64,000 nt of DNA from an uncultured Bosea sp. Its GTDB lineage: Bacteria; Pseudomonadota; Alphaproteobacteria; Rhizobiales; Beijerinckiaceae. Of this stretch, positions 9,476 through 19,057 are shown piece by piece (the first letter of the stretch is position 1; each line of letters starts with the position of its first letter). Under the pieces are notes generated by a model, which did no database searches, was not told the origin of the DNA, and saw nothing but the letters and a program-made list of their open reading frames with translations. The stretch covers positions 9,231 to 73,230 of the forward strand of contig NZ_CAMFKW010000010.1 in the NCBI RefSeq assembly GCF_945957345.1, in the 5' to 3' direction. The position numbers were made by a program, and so were the translations under genes.

Positions 9476-9548
9476 GGTCTTTGGACCTTTCCGCAGTCCA
9501 GGCGCGCCACGGCGCGCTTGACTGACGGCCTCCTGCGGAGGCAAGCGC

Positions 9549-10445
9549 TTGAGCGTGTTCAAGCTCGCGCATCTGTCCGACCCGCATCTCGGCCCACTCG
9601 CCGGGTTTTCGCTGCATCAGCTCATCGGCAAGCGCGCGACCGGCTATGTCAATTGGCGGCGCAAGCGCAGGCATGCCCATGACATGGATATCCTGGCGCG
9701 TATCGTCGCCGACATCCATGCCCAGGGTCCAGATCACGTCGCCTGTACCGGCGATGTCGCCCATATCGGCCTGCCCGACGAATTCAAGACCGCCATCGCC
9801 TTCCTCGACACGCTTGGCCCGCGCGAAACGGTCAGCTTCGTGCCGGGCAACCACGATACCTATGCCCGCTCCTCGTTGAAGCCTCTGGCGGGCCTACTTG
9901 CACCCTGGACAGCCGATGACGAGGGCAAGGCCGGCTATCCCTGGTATCGCCGCCGCGGCCCCGTCGCTCTGATCGGCGTCAATAGTGGCGTGCCCACCCT
10001 CCCCCTGATGGCGACAGGCCGCGTCGGCAGCGAGCAGATCGCCCGGACCGAGGCGCTGCTGGACCGTGCCCGCGACGAGGGACTGATCCGCGTCGTGCTG
10101 ATCCATCATCCCCCCTATGTCGGCGGCGCCAAGCGCGGCCGCGAATTGGTCGATGCCGCCTCCTTCGAGGCGATGCTGAAGCGCAAGGGCGCGGACCTCG
10201 TCCTGCACGGCCATAATCACAGTTTCTCGCTGGCCTGGCGGCCTGGTCTCAGCCGCGACGTGCCGATCGTCGGCGTGCCCTCGGCCTCGATCGGCCCTCG
10301 CGGCCATGGCGAGCTTGGCACCTGGCACCTGTTCCACATCGAAGGCGCTGCCGATGCACCGCGGATCACGCTGGAACAGCGCGGCTTCGAGCCGGACGGC
10401 ACCGTCATCCATCGCCAGGAGATCATTCTGACGAAAGCGACCTGA
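9549..10445 (+). CDS. Metallophosphoesterase (Icc/CpdA-like calcineurin fold)
   Basis: Motifs HLSDPH, CTGDV, VPGNHD, LIHHPP and LHGHNH. Confidence 0.9.
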   Translation: MSVFKLAHLSDPHLGPLAGFSLHQLIGKRATGYVNWRRKRRHAHDMDILARIVADIHAQGPDHVACTGDVAHIGLPDEFKTAIAFLDTLGPRETVSFVPGNHDTYARSSLKPLAGLLAPWTADDEGKAGYPWYRRRGPVALIGVNSGVPTLPLMATGRVGSEQIARTEALLDRARDEGLIRVVLIHHPPYVGGAKRGRELVDAASFEAMLKRKGADLVLHGHNHSFSLAWRPGLSRDVPIVGVPSASIGPRGHGELGTWHLFHIEGAADAPRITLEQRGFEPDGTVIHRQEIILTKAT

Positions 10446-10448
10446 AGG

Positions 10449-10610
10449 GTGTCATCCCGTGCGCGCTGCAGCGTGCAACGCTGCGGCGCAGACACGGGAC
10501 CGCGCGACGACAGAGGCTCCCGCCGTCGCACACCCAACAGTGTGCCCTTTTCTGAGAACGGTCCCGTGTCTGCGGAGCCGCACTGCGTGCCGCAGCGCGC
10601 ACGGGAACAC
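10449..10610. repeat. Palindromic intergenic REP/RIME-like element between convergent genes
   Basis: Arms of about 53 bp at 10449-10502 and 10559-10610 are imperfect reverse complements (TCCCGTGCGCGCTGC / GCAGCGCGCACGGGA; CGCAGACACGGGACCG / CGGTCCCGTGTCTGCG). Confidence 0.75.
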
Positions 10611-10617
10611 GCGGTCC

Positions 10618-11364
10618 TCAGACGCAGCGGCCACCGTCGACGGCGAGCACCGAGCCCGTCACCATGTCGGCCTCGTCCGAGCACAGGAACAGAGCGGCAT
10701 TGGCGATGTCCTGCGGCGTCGAGAACCGGCCCCACGGGATCGAAGCCGTGAACTGCTCGCGCCGCTCGGGCGTGTCCTCGCCCATGAAGGTGGCGAGCAG
10801 CGGCGTCTCGCCGGCGACCGGCGCGATCGCGTTAACGCGGATCTTGTCCGGCGCGAGCTCGACCGCCATCGACTGCGAGATCAGGTTCGCCGCGCCCTTC
10901 GAGCCGTTGTACCAGGTCAGGCCCGGACGCGGACGCACGCCGGCCGTCGAGCCGATGTTCAGGATCACGCCGCCGCCATGCTGCCGGAAATGCGGCACGG
11001 TCGCGCGTGCCATCAGATAGATCGACTTCACGTTCACCGCGAAGATCCGGTCGAACTCCTCCTCGGTCACCTCGATCATCGGCTTGTTGCGATGGGTGGT
11101 GCCGGCATTGTTCACGACGATGTCGAGCCGCCCGACCTTGGCCAGGATCTTCTCGACCGCCTTGTCGACACTCTTGGCCTTGCCGACATCGCAGGTCACG
11201 GCAAAGGCCTTGCGGCCGATCGCCTTGGCGGCTTCCTTGGCCTTGTCGCCGTTGATGTCCAGCACCGCGACGCGCGCGCCCTCCCGCACGAAGGTCTCGG
11301 CGATGCCGAAGCCGAACCCCTGCGCCGCGCCGGTCACCAGCGCCGTCTTGCCTTTGAGTCTCAT
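10618..11364 (-). CDS. Short-chain dehydrogenase/reductase (SDR)
   Basis: TGAAQGFG, VNNAG, YNGSK (YxxxK) and IRVNAIAP. GAGGGA RBS before ATG 11364. Confidence 0.92.
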   Translation of the reverse strand: MRLKGKTALVTGAAQGFGFGIAETFVREGARVAVLDINGDKAKEAAKAIGRKAFAVTCDVGKAKSVDKAVEKILAKVGRLDIVVNNAGTTHRNKPMIEVTEEEFDRIFAVNVKSIYLMARATVPHFRQHGGGVILNIGSTAGVRPRPGLTWYNGSKGAANLISQSMAVELAPDKIRVNAIAPVAGETPLLATFMGEDTPERREQFTASIPWGRFSTPQDIANAALFLCSDEADMVTGSVLAVDGGRCV

Positions 11365-11466
11365 GGTCGTCCCTCGCGGTCTTGTGGCCACGATGTTTGA
11401 AACGATTGAGCACAGCGGTAAATGCGCTTTTGCGCGCGGGCGGATGCGGAAATGGGATGGCGGGCC

Positions 11467-13272
11467 TTAAGCCCCGATCTCCTCGCGCAGCATCTCGAGC
11501 TCCAGCCAGCGCTCCTCGGCCTCGCCGATCTCGCGTGCCACCTCTTCGAGCCGCGCCGTCGCCTTAGCGAAGAGTTTTGGATCGCGCGTGTAGAGATCGC
11601 CGGCCACCGCCGTGTTGAGTTTCGCCGCCTCGGCCTGCAACGTCTCGATCTTCTTCGGCAGTGTCTCCAGCGCATGCTTCTCGTTGAAGGAGAGCTTGCG
11701 TTTGGACGCGGACGCGGCGGGCACTGCGGCAGCCTTGGGCTCGGCAGGCACCGCCTTCTCGATCGGCCGTGCCTTGGCCCCGACGCCGCGCCCGCGCTGC
11801 GCCAGCATGTCGGAATAGCCGCCGGCGAACTCGGTCCAGACGCCGTCGCCATCCGAGATCAGCACCGAGGAGACGACGCGGTCGATGAAGTCGCGGTCAT
11901 GGCTGACCAGCAGGACGGTGCCCTGATAGTCGGCCAGCAGTTCCTGCAGCAGGTCGAGCGTCTCGAGATCGAGATCGTTGGTCGGCTCGTCGAGCACCAG
12001 GAGGTTCGAGGGCTTGGCCAGCGCGCGAGCCAGCATCAATCGCCCGCGCTCGCCGCCCGAGAGCGCGCCGACCGGCGTGCCGCGCTGGATCGGCTGGAAC
12101 AGGAAGTCCTTCATGTAGGAGATGACATGGCGCGGCTGGCCGCCGACCATGACCTGGTCCGAGCCGCCACCGGTCAGCGCATCGCCGAGCGGCGTCTCCG
12201 GATCGAGGCTCTCGCGGCGCTGGTCGAGCGTCACCATCTCCAGCGCCGTGCCGAGCTTCACCTTGCCGGAATCGGGCTTGAGCGCCCCGGTTAGCAGGTT
12301 GATCAACGTGGTCTTGCCGGCGCCGTTCGGCCCGACGATGCCGATCCGGTCGCCGCGCGCGACGCGCAGCGACAGGTTCTTGACGATCGTGTTGTCGCCA
12401 TAGGCCTTGGCGACGTCGATCGCGTCGATGACGAGCTTGCCGGAGCTCTGCGCCTCGCTGGCTTCCAGCCGGACATTGCCTTGCGCGGCGCGCGCGGTAC
12501 GGCGCTGGTCGCGCAGCGCATGCAGCTCGCCCAGGCGGCGCTGGTTACGAGTCCGGCGGGCGCTGACGCCATAGCGCAGCCAGTCCTCCTCCCGGGCGAT
12601 CTTGCGGTCGAGCTTGTGGCGGTCGAGTTCCTCCTGCGCCAGCACCTCGTCACGCCAGGCCTCGAACTCGCCGAAACCTCGCTCCGCCCGCCTGGTCACG
12701 CCGCGATCGAGCCAGATCGTCGCGCGCGACAGCGAGGTCAGGAAGCGTCTGTCGTGGCTGATCAGCACCATGGCCGAGCGCAGCGATTTCAGCTCCTGCT
12801 CCAGCCACTCGATGACCGGCAGGTCGAGATGGTTGGTCGGCTCGTCCAGCAGCAGGATGTCCGGCTCCGGCGCCAGCACGCGGGCCAGTGCCGCGCGACG
12901 ACCCTCGCCACCCGACATCGAAGCCGGGTTCTCCTGCCCGGTCAGGCCGAGCTCGGTCAGCAGGTATTGCGCGCGATAGGCATCGTCGCCCGGTCCCAAG
13001 CCGGCCTCGACATAGGCGAGCGCCGTGTCGAACCCGGTGAAATCCGGCTCCTGCGGCAGATAGCGGATGGTCGCGCCCGGTTGGACGAAGCGCTCGGCAT
13101 GATCGGGCTCCACGATCCCCGCGGCGATCTTGAGCAAAGTCGACTTGCCCGAACCGTTGCGGCCGACGAGGCAGACGCGCTCCCCGGCCGAAACCGCGAT
13201 CTCGGCAGCTTCAAGCAGCGGCTGTCCGCCGAAGGTGAGCGCGACGTCGCGCAGATGCAGCAAGGGAGCCAT
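11467..13272 (-). CDS. uup: ABC-F family ATP-binding protein (Uup-like)
   Basis: Two ABC cassettes (GRNGSGKS, MSGGE, LLLDEPTNHLD; GPNGAGKT, LSGGE, LVLDEPTNDLD), no TM domain, and a C-terminal KLSFNEKHALE coiled coil. Confidence 0.85.
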   Translation of the reverse strand: MAPLLHLRDVALTFGGQPLLEAAEIAVSAGERVCLVGRNGSGKSTLLKIAAGIVEPDHAERFVQPGATIRYLPQEPDFTGFDTALAYVEAGLGPGDDAYRAQYLLTELGLTGQENPASMSGGEGRRAALARVLAPEPDILLLDEPTNHLDLPVIEWLEQELKSLRSAMVLISHDRRFLTSLSRATIWLDRGVTRRAERGFGEFEAWRDEVLAQEELDRHKLDRKIAREEDWLRYGVSARRTRNQRRLGELHALRDQRRTARAAQGNVRLEASEAQSSGKLVIDAIDVAKAYGDNTIVKNLSLRVARGDRIGIVGPNGAGKTTLINLLTGALKPDSGKVKLGTALEMVTLDQRRESLDPETPLGDALTGGGSDQVMVGGQPRHVISYMKDFLFQPIQRGTPVGALSGGERGRLMLARALAKPSNLLVLDEPTNDLDLETLDLLQELLADYQGTVLLVSHDRDFIDRVVSSVLISDGDGVWTEFAGGYSDMLAQRGRGVGAKARPIEKAVPAEPKAAAVPAASASKRKLSFNEKHALETLPKKIETLQAEAAKLNTAVAGDLYTRDPKLFAKATARLEEVAREIGEAEERWLELEMLREEIGA

Positions 13273-13408
13273 GATCCGTCCTGTGTTCGGCCTGCGGGAT
13301 AGACCGCCACTGCTCCGCTGTCACGTCCGCAAGCCATGGCACGACGCTTGCCAGCACCGATATGCCCCTTATCGTGACCGGAATTGTGGCCTGATGAGTC
13401 CAAGAGCG

Positions 13409-13747
13409 ATGTTCAGCGAACGCCCGATCGGGATCGGCCATAATGGCGGCCCGCCGCTGAAGGAGCGAAAGCGCCGCTCCGCCACCGGCTCCGGCAATAT
13501 CGGCCGCTATTTCGACTGGCGCTTCGCCCATCGCAAGGCCTGGAAGAAGCCCCGCGACGTCGCGCTGCGGCGCGAGGAGAAGGCCTCGGCCTTGGGCCTC
13601 ACCTATGAGGAATATTCGCTGGAGGTCATGGAGCGCGGCTATTACCCGCAGCCCGAGCATGTCGAGACGATCAAGTCGAAGCGCGCCCAGCGCCGCAAGG
13701 ATGGCGGCGTGGTCGGCCAGTCGCTGAAGGGCATGAAGCTGAGCTGA
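13409..13747 (+). CDS. Small basic hypothetical protein with IGHNGGP motif
   Basis: 3' part of track ORF 13130..13747; the 5' part overlaps uup. Codon usage looks coding from about 13409 (alternative ATG 13394). Confidence 0.65.
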   Translation: MFSERPIGIGHNGGPPLKERKRRSATGSGNIGRYFDWRFAHRKAWKKPRDVALRREEKASALGLTYEEYSLEVMERGYYPQPEHVETIKSKRAQRRKDGGVVGQSLKGMKLS

Positions 13748-13750
13748 GGT

Positions 13751-14797
13751 TCACCCGCCAAGCCAGCGCCGGACAAGGCGCGTCGCCGGCTTCTCGAAGA
13801 AGCGGTAGAGCAGCAGCGCTGCAACCACCGAACCGGCAAGCGCCAGCGCTATATAGAGCGCCGGCGAATGCAGCCCGAGCCTCAGCACGACCTCGCGCAT
13901 CCCGCGGATCACGAAGGGATGGACGAGATAGAGCGCATAAGAGGCGTCACCGACCGCAGCCAGGGCCTTGATTGGCGGCAGCGGCACGATCCCCTCGCGG
14001 CCGCAGCCGGCGGCGAGCATCAGCAGAACCGCCGCGCTGCCGCGCCACAAGACGCTACTCCAGGGGCCATCCGTGCCCGGAAAATGGGCAGCAGCGACCA
14101 GCAAACCAGCACCCGCCATCGCGACGGCGATCCGCAGCGCACCGTGAAAACGCAAGCCCTTCTGCCGGAGGACCGCGATACCCATCCCTGCTGCGAATTC
14201 GAGCACGATCGGCTGCCCCCAGAAGCCGAAGGGCAGCGCCAGTGGGCCGCTCAGGCTTTCCGCCCCGACCAGCAGCACCAGCACGAGCGTGATCGCCGGC
14301 AAGGTCCAGCGCCGCGGCACCATCAGCCCGGCGGCGAACAGGGCGTAGAACAGCATCTCGTAGTTCAGCGTCCAGCCCAGCGAATAGACCGGCTGGACGA
14401 AGCCTTGGGTCGAGATCACTGGCCAGAACAGGTAGGAGCCGAGGATCTGCTGGAGGCTCGGCGTTCCGGAATTGAGCAGGGCCGGAACCGCGAGTCCGAC
14501 CAGCAGGAACAGCGTCGTCATCGCCCAGTAGAGCGGCACGATGCGCGCGAGCCTCCGCTTCAGGAACAGGCGCGCGGCGCCGTCGCGCCCGAACAGGTCC
14601 TGCGAGGCATGGACCATGATGAAGCCGGAGACGACGAAGAAGATGTCGACGCCCGCCATCCAGGGCAGCAAATCGCTGCGCGTGAAGCTCAGGCCAGCCT
14701 GCGCCGCCACGATGGCAGCATCCGGCTGGACATGATGGATCGCGACCATGAATGCCGCGAGCGCGCGCAGAACCTGGATCGAATGGATGGGCTGCAC
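13751..14797 (-). CDS. Acyltransferase family 3 (ExoZ/OafA-like) membrane protein
   Basis: IQVLRALAAFMVAIHH, GVDIFFVVSGFIM, RRLARIVPLYW, GWTLNYEMLFY and GDASYALYLVH. Start placed at GTG 14797. Confidence 0.88.
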   Translation of the reverse strand: MQPIHSIQVLRALAAFMVAIHHVQPDAAIVAAQAGLSFTRSDLLPWMAGVDIFFVVSGFIMVHASQDLFGRDGAARLFLKRRLARIVPLYWAMTTLFLLVGLAVPALLNSGTPSLQQILGSYLFWPVISTQGFVQPVYSLGWTLNYEMLFYALFAAGLMVPRRWTLPAITLVLVLLVGAESLSGPLALPFGFWGQPIVLEFAAGMGIAVLRQKGLRFHGALRIAVAMAGAGLLVAAAHFPGTDGPWSSVLWRGSAAVLLMLAAGCGREGIVPLPPIKALAAVGDASYALYLVHPFVIRGMREVVLRLGLHSPALYIALALAGSVVAALLLYRFFEKPATRLVRRWLGG

Positions 14798-14831
14798 GCG
14801 AACCTGAAGAGATGCTGAGCGGAAAGACCGC

Positions 14832-15836
14832 TCAGCCAAACCACAGCCGCTTGGGATCGTCGAGCCCGAAGCGATGGAGATTGGCGGCGATCGCCGCCAA
14901 CCCCTGCTCGGCCGCATCCGTCGCGGTGATCACATGCAGGGCGAAACGCTCGGCCAGATCCTCCATCGGCGGCTTGCCGGCGAAGGCCGCACGAATCGCC
15001 GCCTTATCCCCGAGCGGCAGCAGATGCGGCGCGATGCCGCCTGCGATGTAGACGCCGCCCGTTGCCTTGAAGACCAGCGCAAGGTCGCCGGCCACCCGCG
15101 CCAGCAGGCGCCAGAAGCAGACCACCGCCATCAGCGACGCCGGATCGCCATCATGGGCGAGCCGGGAGACGTCGGCCGCGCTGACCTCGGCCTCCAGCAT
15201 GCCGGAGGTGCGGGCGACCGCCTTGTGCAGACGCACGAGCCCATCGCCGCTCAAGAGATGCTCGACCGTCAGGCGCGGGATGCCTTCGCTCAACGCCGGC
15301 CAGATTTTCTGCTCGGTCTGGTCCTCCGGTCCGATGCCGATATGGCCGGATTCGGTCGGAATCAGCACGCCGCGCTCGCCGCGCATCAGCAGCGCCGCAG
15401 CGCCGAAACCGGTCCCCGGCCCGAGCACGAGCTTCACGCCATCCGGCTCGGGCTCGCCCTCGACCAATGTGGTGAGATCATCAGACTTCAGCACGGCGAG
15501 CGAGGCCGAAAGCGCCTCGAAATCATTGACCATCAGGCCTTGAGTCAGGCCGAGCGCACCCGCGATTCGCGGCCCCTCCAAATGCCAGACGGCATTGGTC
15601 AGTTGCGCCTCCCGTCCTTCAAGGGGGCCGGCGACGGCGAGCACAGCGGAGCGCGGCTTCTCCGCCACGTCCGCGAGAACGGCACTGAAGGCCGCTTCGG
15701 GCGTCGGATAGCTGCCCGTGCCGATCCGCGCCAATGGCTGGGGCGCGCAGTCAGCATCGTTCACCAGCGACAAGCGGCAGTTCGTGCCGCCGATATCGGC
15801 GACCAGAACCGGGTAGGAGATCGAGGGCGGACGCAT
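14832..15836 (-). CDS. glk: Glucokinase
   Basis: VLVADIGGTN, VNDFEA, LGPGTGFG, ESGHI and GGVYIAGGI. Confidence 0.85.
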   Translation of the reverse strand: MRPPSISYPVLVADIGGTNCRLSLVNDADCAPQPLARIGTGSYPTPEAAFSAVLADVAEKPRSAVLAVAGPLEGREAQLTNAVWHLEGPRIAGALGLTQGLMVNDFEALSASLAVLKSDDLTTLVEGEPEPDGVKLVLGPGTGFGAAALLMRGERGVLIPTESGHIGIGPEDQTEQKIWPALSEGIPRLTVEHLLSGDGLVRLHKAVARTSGMLEAEVSAADVSRLAHDGDPASLMAVVCFWRLLARVAGDLALVFKATGGVYIAGGIAPHLLPLGDKAAIRAAFAGKPPMEDLAERFALHVITATDAAEQGLAAIAANLHRFGLDDPKRLWFG

Positions 15837-16615
15837 CAGAGCGGCTTCCGCCAGGGTGCGAACCAGCCGAGCCCTTCGAGCGTGCCGGCTTCCGGTCGAT
15901 ATTCGCAGCCGACGAAGCCGTCATAGCCGAGACCGTCGAGCTCGGCGAACAGCGTCGGATAGTCAGGCCCCGAGGCATCCGGCTCGTGCCGGCCATTGGC
16001 GCGGGCGATCTGGACATGTCCGACGAGCGGATAGAGCGCCTTCAGCTTCGCCGAGACGTCGCCATGGATCAGTTCGCAATGATACATGTCGAATTGCAGC
16101 CGCACGTTCGGCCTGCCGGATTCGCGGACATAGGCCGCGGCCTGCTCGAAATCGTTGAGGAAATAGCCCGGCATGTCCTTGCCGTTGATCGGCTCCACCA
16201 GAAGGTCGATGCCCTGCTCGCCGAGCTTGTCGGCGGCGTAGGCCAGCGAAGCCCGATAGGTCTTCTGCGCGACGGGATCGTTGGGATCGGCGAGCCCCGC
16301 CATCATGTGCAGGCGCTTGACCCCGGTTTCATGGACGTAAGCCAGCGCGGTATCGACCGACGCCCGGAACTCGGCCTCGCGGCCTGCCAATGAGGCTATG
16401 CCGCGCTCGCCCTTGGCGAAATCGCCGGGCGGGAGATTATAGAGCGCCTGGGTGAGATTGCCTCCCGCCAGCGCAAGCCCGACCTGCTCGGGCGTATGCT
16501 CATAGGGGAAGAGAAACTCGACTGCCTCGAACCCCGCCTCGGCGGCAGCCTTGAAGCGGTCGAGGAATTCCCATTCGGTGAACATCATCGACAGGTTGGT
16601 GGCAAAACGCGGCAT
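15836..16615 (-). CDS. Hydroxypyruvate isomerase / 2-oxo-tetronate isomerase family
   Basis: MPRFATNLSMMFTE, LLVEPIN, FDMYH, GHVQIA, GRHEP and VGCEYRP. Its stop overlaps the glk start. Confidence 0.88.
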   Translation of the reverse strand: MPRFATNLSMMFTEWEFLDRFKAAAEAGFEAVEFLFPYEHTPEQVGLALAGGNLTQALYNLPPGDFAKGERGIASLAGREAEFRASVDTALAYVHETGVKRLHMMAGLADPNDPVAQKTYRASLAYAADKLGEQGIDLLVEPINGKDMPGYFLNDFEQAAAYVRESGRPNVRLQFDMYHCELIHGDVSAKLKALYPLVGHVQIARANGRHEPDASGPDYPTLFAELDGLGYDGFVGCEYRPEAGTLEGLGWFAPWRKPL

Positions 16616-16729
16616 GGAAATCTCTGCAGGCTGGGCACGATCGATCGCCACAGGCTAAACTGATGCGCCCGCCGCGTCATGGCCAAACGCGACAGGGAGG
16701 CAATGCGTTCCGCTACGGCCGTCCGGCCG

Positions 16730-17707
16730 TTACTTCCTCTCCGGCTTCGGCGGCGGGTTGGGATCGCTGGAGAAGCGCCGGAACACCATGTCGGGCGAGG
16801 ATGTGTTGTGGCGCGAATGCGTCGTGCGCCCCATCCAGATATCGGTCGCCCTGCCACCGGGATAGGACATCAGCGCCTCCTCGCGCCAGCCCTTGGCGCC
16901 GGGCTCGCGCAGCGCGATGCGGGCGACATCGTTGTTGAACTCGGTAACATACATCGAGCGCAGCGCCAGAAAGCCCTTGCCCCCCGTCACCGGCTTGTCG
17001 AGGACGGCATCGAGCACCATCCGGTTCTCGTCGACGCTGTCGAGCTTGAGGCTGCCGGATGAGCCGTCCTTGAAGCTGAGCTTGAAGGTCAGCGTCGCGG
17101 GATCGAACGCAATCTCCTTGATATTCACGACCGGGCGCCCCTCCTGCTCGATTGGCCCGAACAGGAAGGAGGAACCGTAGGACGAGAAACCGAGATGCTC
17201 CGGCGGCAGCGGCCGGGCGCGCCAGTTACCGTCCTGTGGATAGACGACGAGCACTTCGTGCGACTTGTCTTTGCCGAGCTTCCAGAGTTGGACGAGATGC
17301 AGGTTCTTCTCCACGCGGTCGCCGACGCGGAAGGTCGCCTCCGCCGGGCGCCAGAAGCTCGGGAAGGTGTAGCCGACCAGCCAGTAGTCGATCGATTCGT
17401 AGAAGGTGACGCGGCGCGGCGGCGTCGGCGGCGAGAAGGACGGATCGCCCTTCATGTCGCAATTCGTCCAGTCGGCATCCCAATTGTCGCGCACGAGCCC
17501 CGCGACATAGGCCGGATGCGCCGCCTCGATCTGGAAGCGCCTGACCTCGGGCGAGACCACCTTGATCGTGACATTGTCCTTCTCGGCGCAGAGCACCGGC
17601 TCGGATTCGTTCTTCACCTCGACGGCGACCTCGCCTGCTGCCCGCGCTATCGTCAGCGAGGCGAGAAGAGCGATGGAAACCGCGAGCGGGCGAAGAAGGC
17701 TGGTCAT
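16730..17707 (-). CDS. Secreted hypothetical protein
   Basis: Signal peptide MTSLLRPLAVSIALLASLTIARA, strong coding-like codon usage, no family recognised. Confidence 0.7.
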   Translation of the reverse strand: MTSLLRPLAVSIALLASLTIARAAGEVAVEVKNESEPVLCAEKDNVTIKVVSPEVRRFQIEAAHPAYVAGLVRDNWDADWTNCDMKGDPSFSPPTPPRRVTFYESIDYWLVGYTFPSFWRPAEATFRVGDRVEKNLHLVQLWKLGKDKSHEVLVVYPQDGNWRARPLPPEHLGFSSYGSSFLFGPIEQEGRPVVNIKEIAFDPATLTFKLSFKDGSSGSLKLDSVDENRMVLDAVLDKPVTGGKGFLALRSMYVTEFNNDVARIALREPGAKGWREEALMSYPGGRATDIWMGRTTHSRHNTSSPDMVFRRFSSDPNPPPKPERK

Positions 17708-17885
17708 GGCGATCCCTAGCAAGAGTTTGGAAACAACCTGATCACGGCGAGATGAACGCCGGCTGACCAAAGCTGCGGCAGGAATGGGCGGGAAAGCGAC
17801 GGCAACCGCGACAACGCGCCACTCTCGCCGCGCATCACGGCACTGGTAGCAATAGCGGACGAGGACGCTTCTCCCTCTGCTACCG

Positions 17886-18290
17886 ATGGGGCGATCGATG
17901 CAACCGCTGCTTCTCGGGGCCGGCGTGGTGATGGCGTTGACGGCACTGGTCCATTCGGTCGTCGGCGAGATCCTGATCTTCCGGCAACTGCGGAACGGCG
18001 GCATCGTTCCGACGCAAGGCGGCCCCTTGCTGAGAGAGCGTCATGTCCGGATACTCTGGGCAAGCTGGCATCTCGTCAGCATCCTCGGCCTGGCATTCGC
18101 CGCGATCTTGATCGCGATGGCGCAGACGCCAGGTGAGCCTCTGCCGAACACATGGCTGCTGAAGGTCACAATCGCCGGCACGCTTGCCGGCTCAGTGCTC
18201 GTGCTATTTGCGACGCGCGGCCGTCATCCCGGATGGCTCAGTCTGCTCGTGGCGGCGATCCTGGCCTGGCTCGGCAGCAGCAGCCTGTAG
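17886..18290 (+). CDS. Small multi-TM hypothetical membrane protein
   Basis: Four hydrophobic segments (ALVHSVVGE, WHLVSILG, HPGW). Converges on fkbM. Confidence 0.65.
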   Translation: MGRSMQPLLLGAGVVMALTALVHSVVGEILIFRQLRNGGIVPTQGGPLLRERHVRILWASWHLVSILGLAFAAILIAMAQTPGEPLPNTWLLKVTIAGTLAGSVLVLFATRGRHPGWLSLLVAAILAWLGSSSL

Positions 18291-18298
18291 AAGGAGCC

Positions 18299-19057
18299 TC
18301 AGCCCGTCAGGATGGCGTAGACATCGCCCGAATTGGCCTCATGCGGCAGGCTGCGCAGGTAATCGCCCATCGCCTCCGCGCTTGCCGGCTCGCCGAGTTC
18401 GAGCATCTGGCTCTCGCCGATCGCGACATTGAAACGATACGGGCCGAGCGTCTCCAACAGGACGAGGCAAGCCTCGGCGACGTCGCGCTGAATCGTCGTG
18501 AACTCGAAGGAGATCACCGGCACCACCTTGGTCAGGCCGGCCAGCACATGCGCTTCGAAGCCCTCGACATCGATCTTGAGCAGCTTCGGCAGGCCGTAGC
18601 GCTGGATCAAGCGATCGAGCGTCGTGCAGGGAACCGTGATCTCATGGTCCCATATCTGCCCTTCCCAGCCCCGAGCGCCCACGGCCGCGCCGATGAAGGC
18701 GGCCGACGCGGTCGAGACGGTCGGGTTCCGACTGTTGATCCGCAGTGCGATCGAGCCCTCATGGTCGCCGCAGGCCGCCTCGATCAGCATCACCAGCGGG
18801 TCCCGCCGATGGATCAGTCGCGTGACGCGGGCCGGCCCAGGCTGCGGCTCGAGCGCGACCACGCGCGCACCCAGCCGGCGGAAGGACGAGACCCGGTCGC
18901 CGACATGGGCGCCAATATCGAAAGCGAGATCGCCCGGCGCCAGGAACGCCCCGTAGAGCCGGTCCATCGCCGCGTTGCGCTCCTTGTCGCCGTGATAGAC
19001 ACGCAGCGAGCGCGAGAGCGCCTTCACCGTCCCCTTCGGATAGGTGACGGCGTTCAT
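18299..19057 (-). CDS. FkbM-family SAM methyltransferase
   Basis: FDIGAHVG, VALEPQP and LLKIDVEGFE. Its start overlaps the opgH stop (ATGA). Confidence 0.9.
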   Translation of the reverse strand: MNAVTYPKGTVKALSRSLRVYHGDKERNAAMDRLYGAFLAPGDLAFDIGAHVGDRVSSFRRLGARVVALEPQPGPARVTRLIHRRDPLVMLIEAACGDHEGSIALRINSRNPTVSTASAAFIGAAVGARGWEGQIWDHEITVPCTTLDRLIQRYGLPKLLKIDVEGFEAHVLAGLTKVVPVISFEFTTIQRDVAEACLVLLETLGPYRFNVAIGESQMLELGEPASAEAMGDYLRSLPHEANSGDVYAILTG

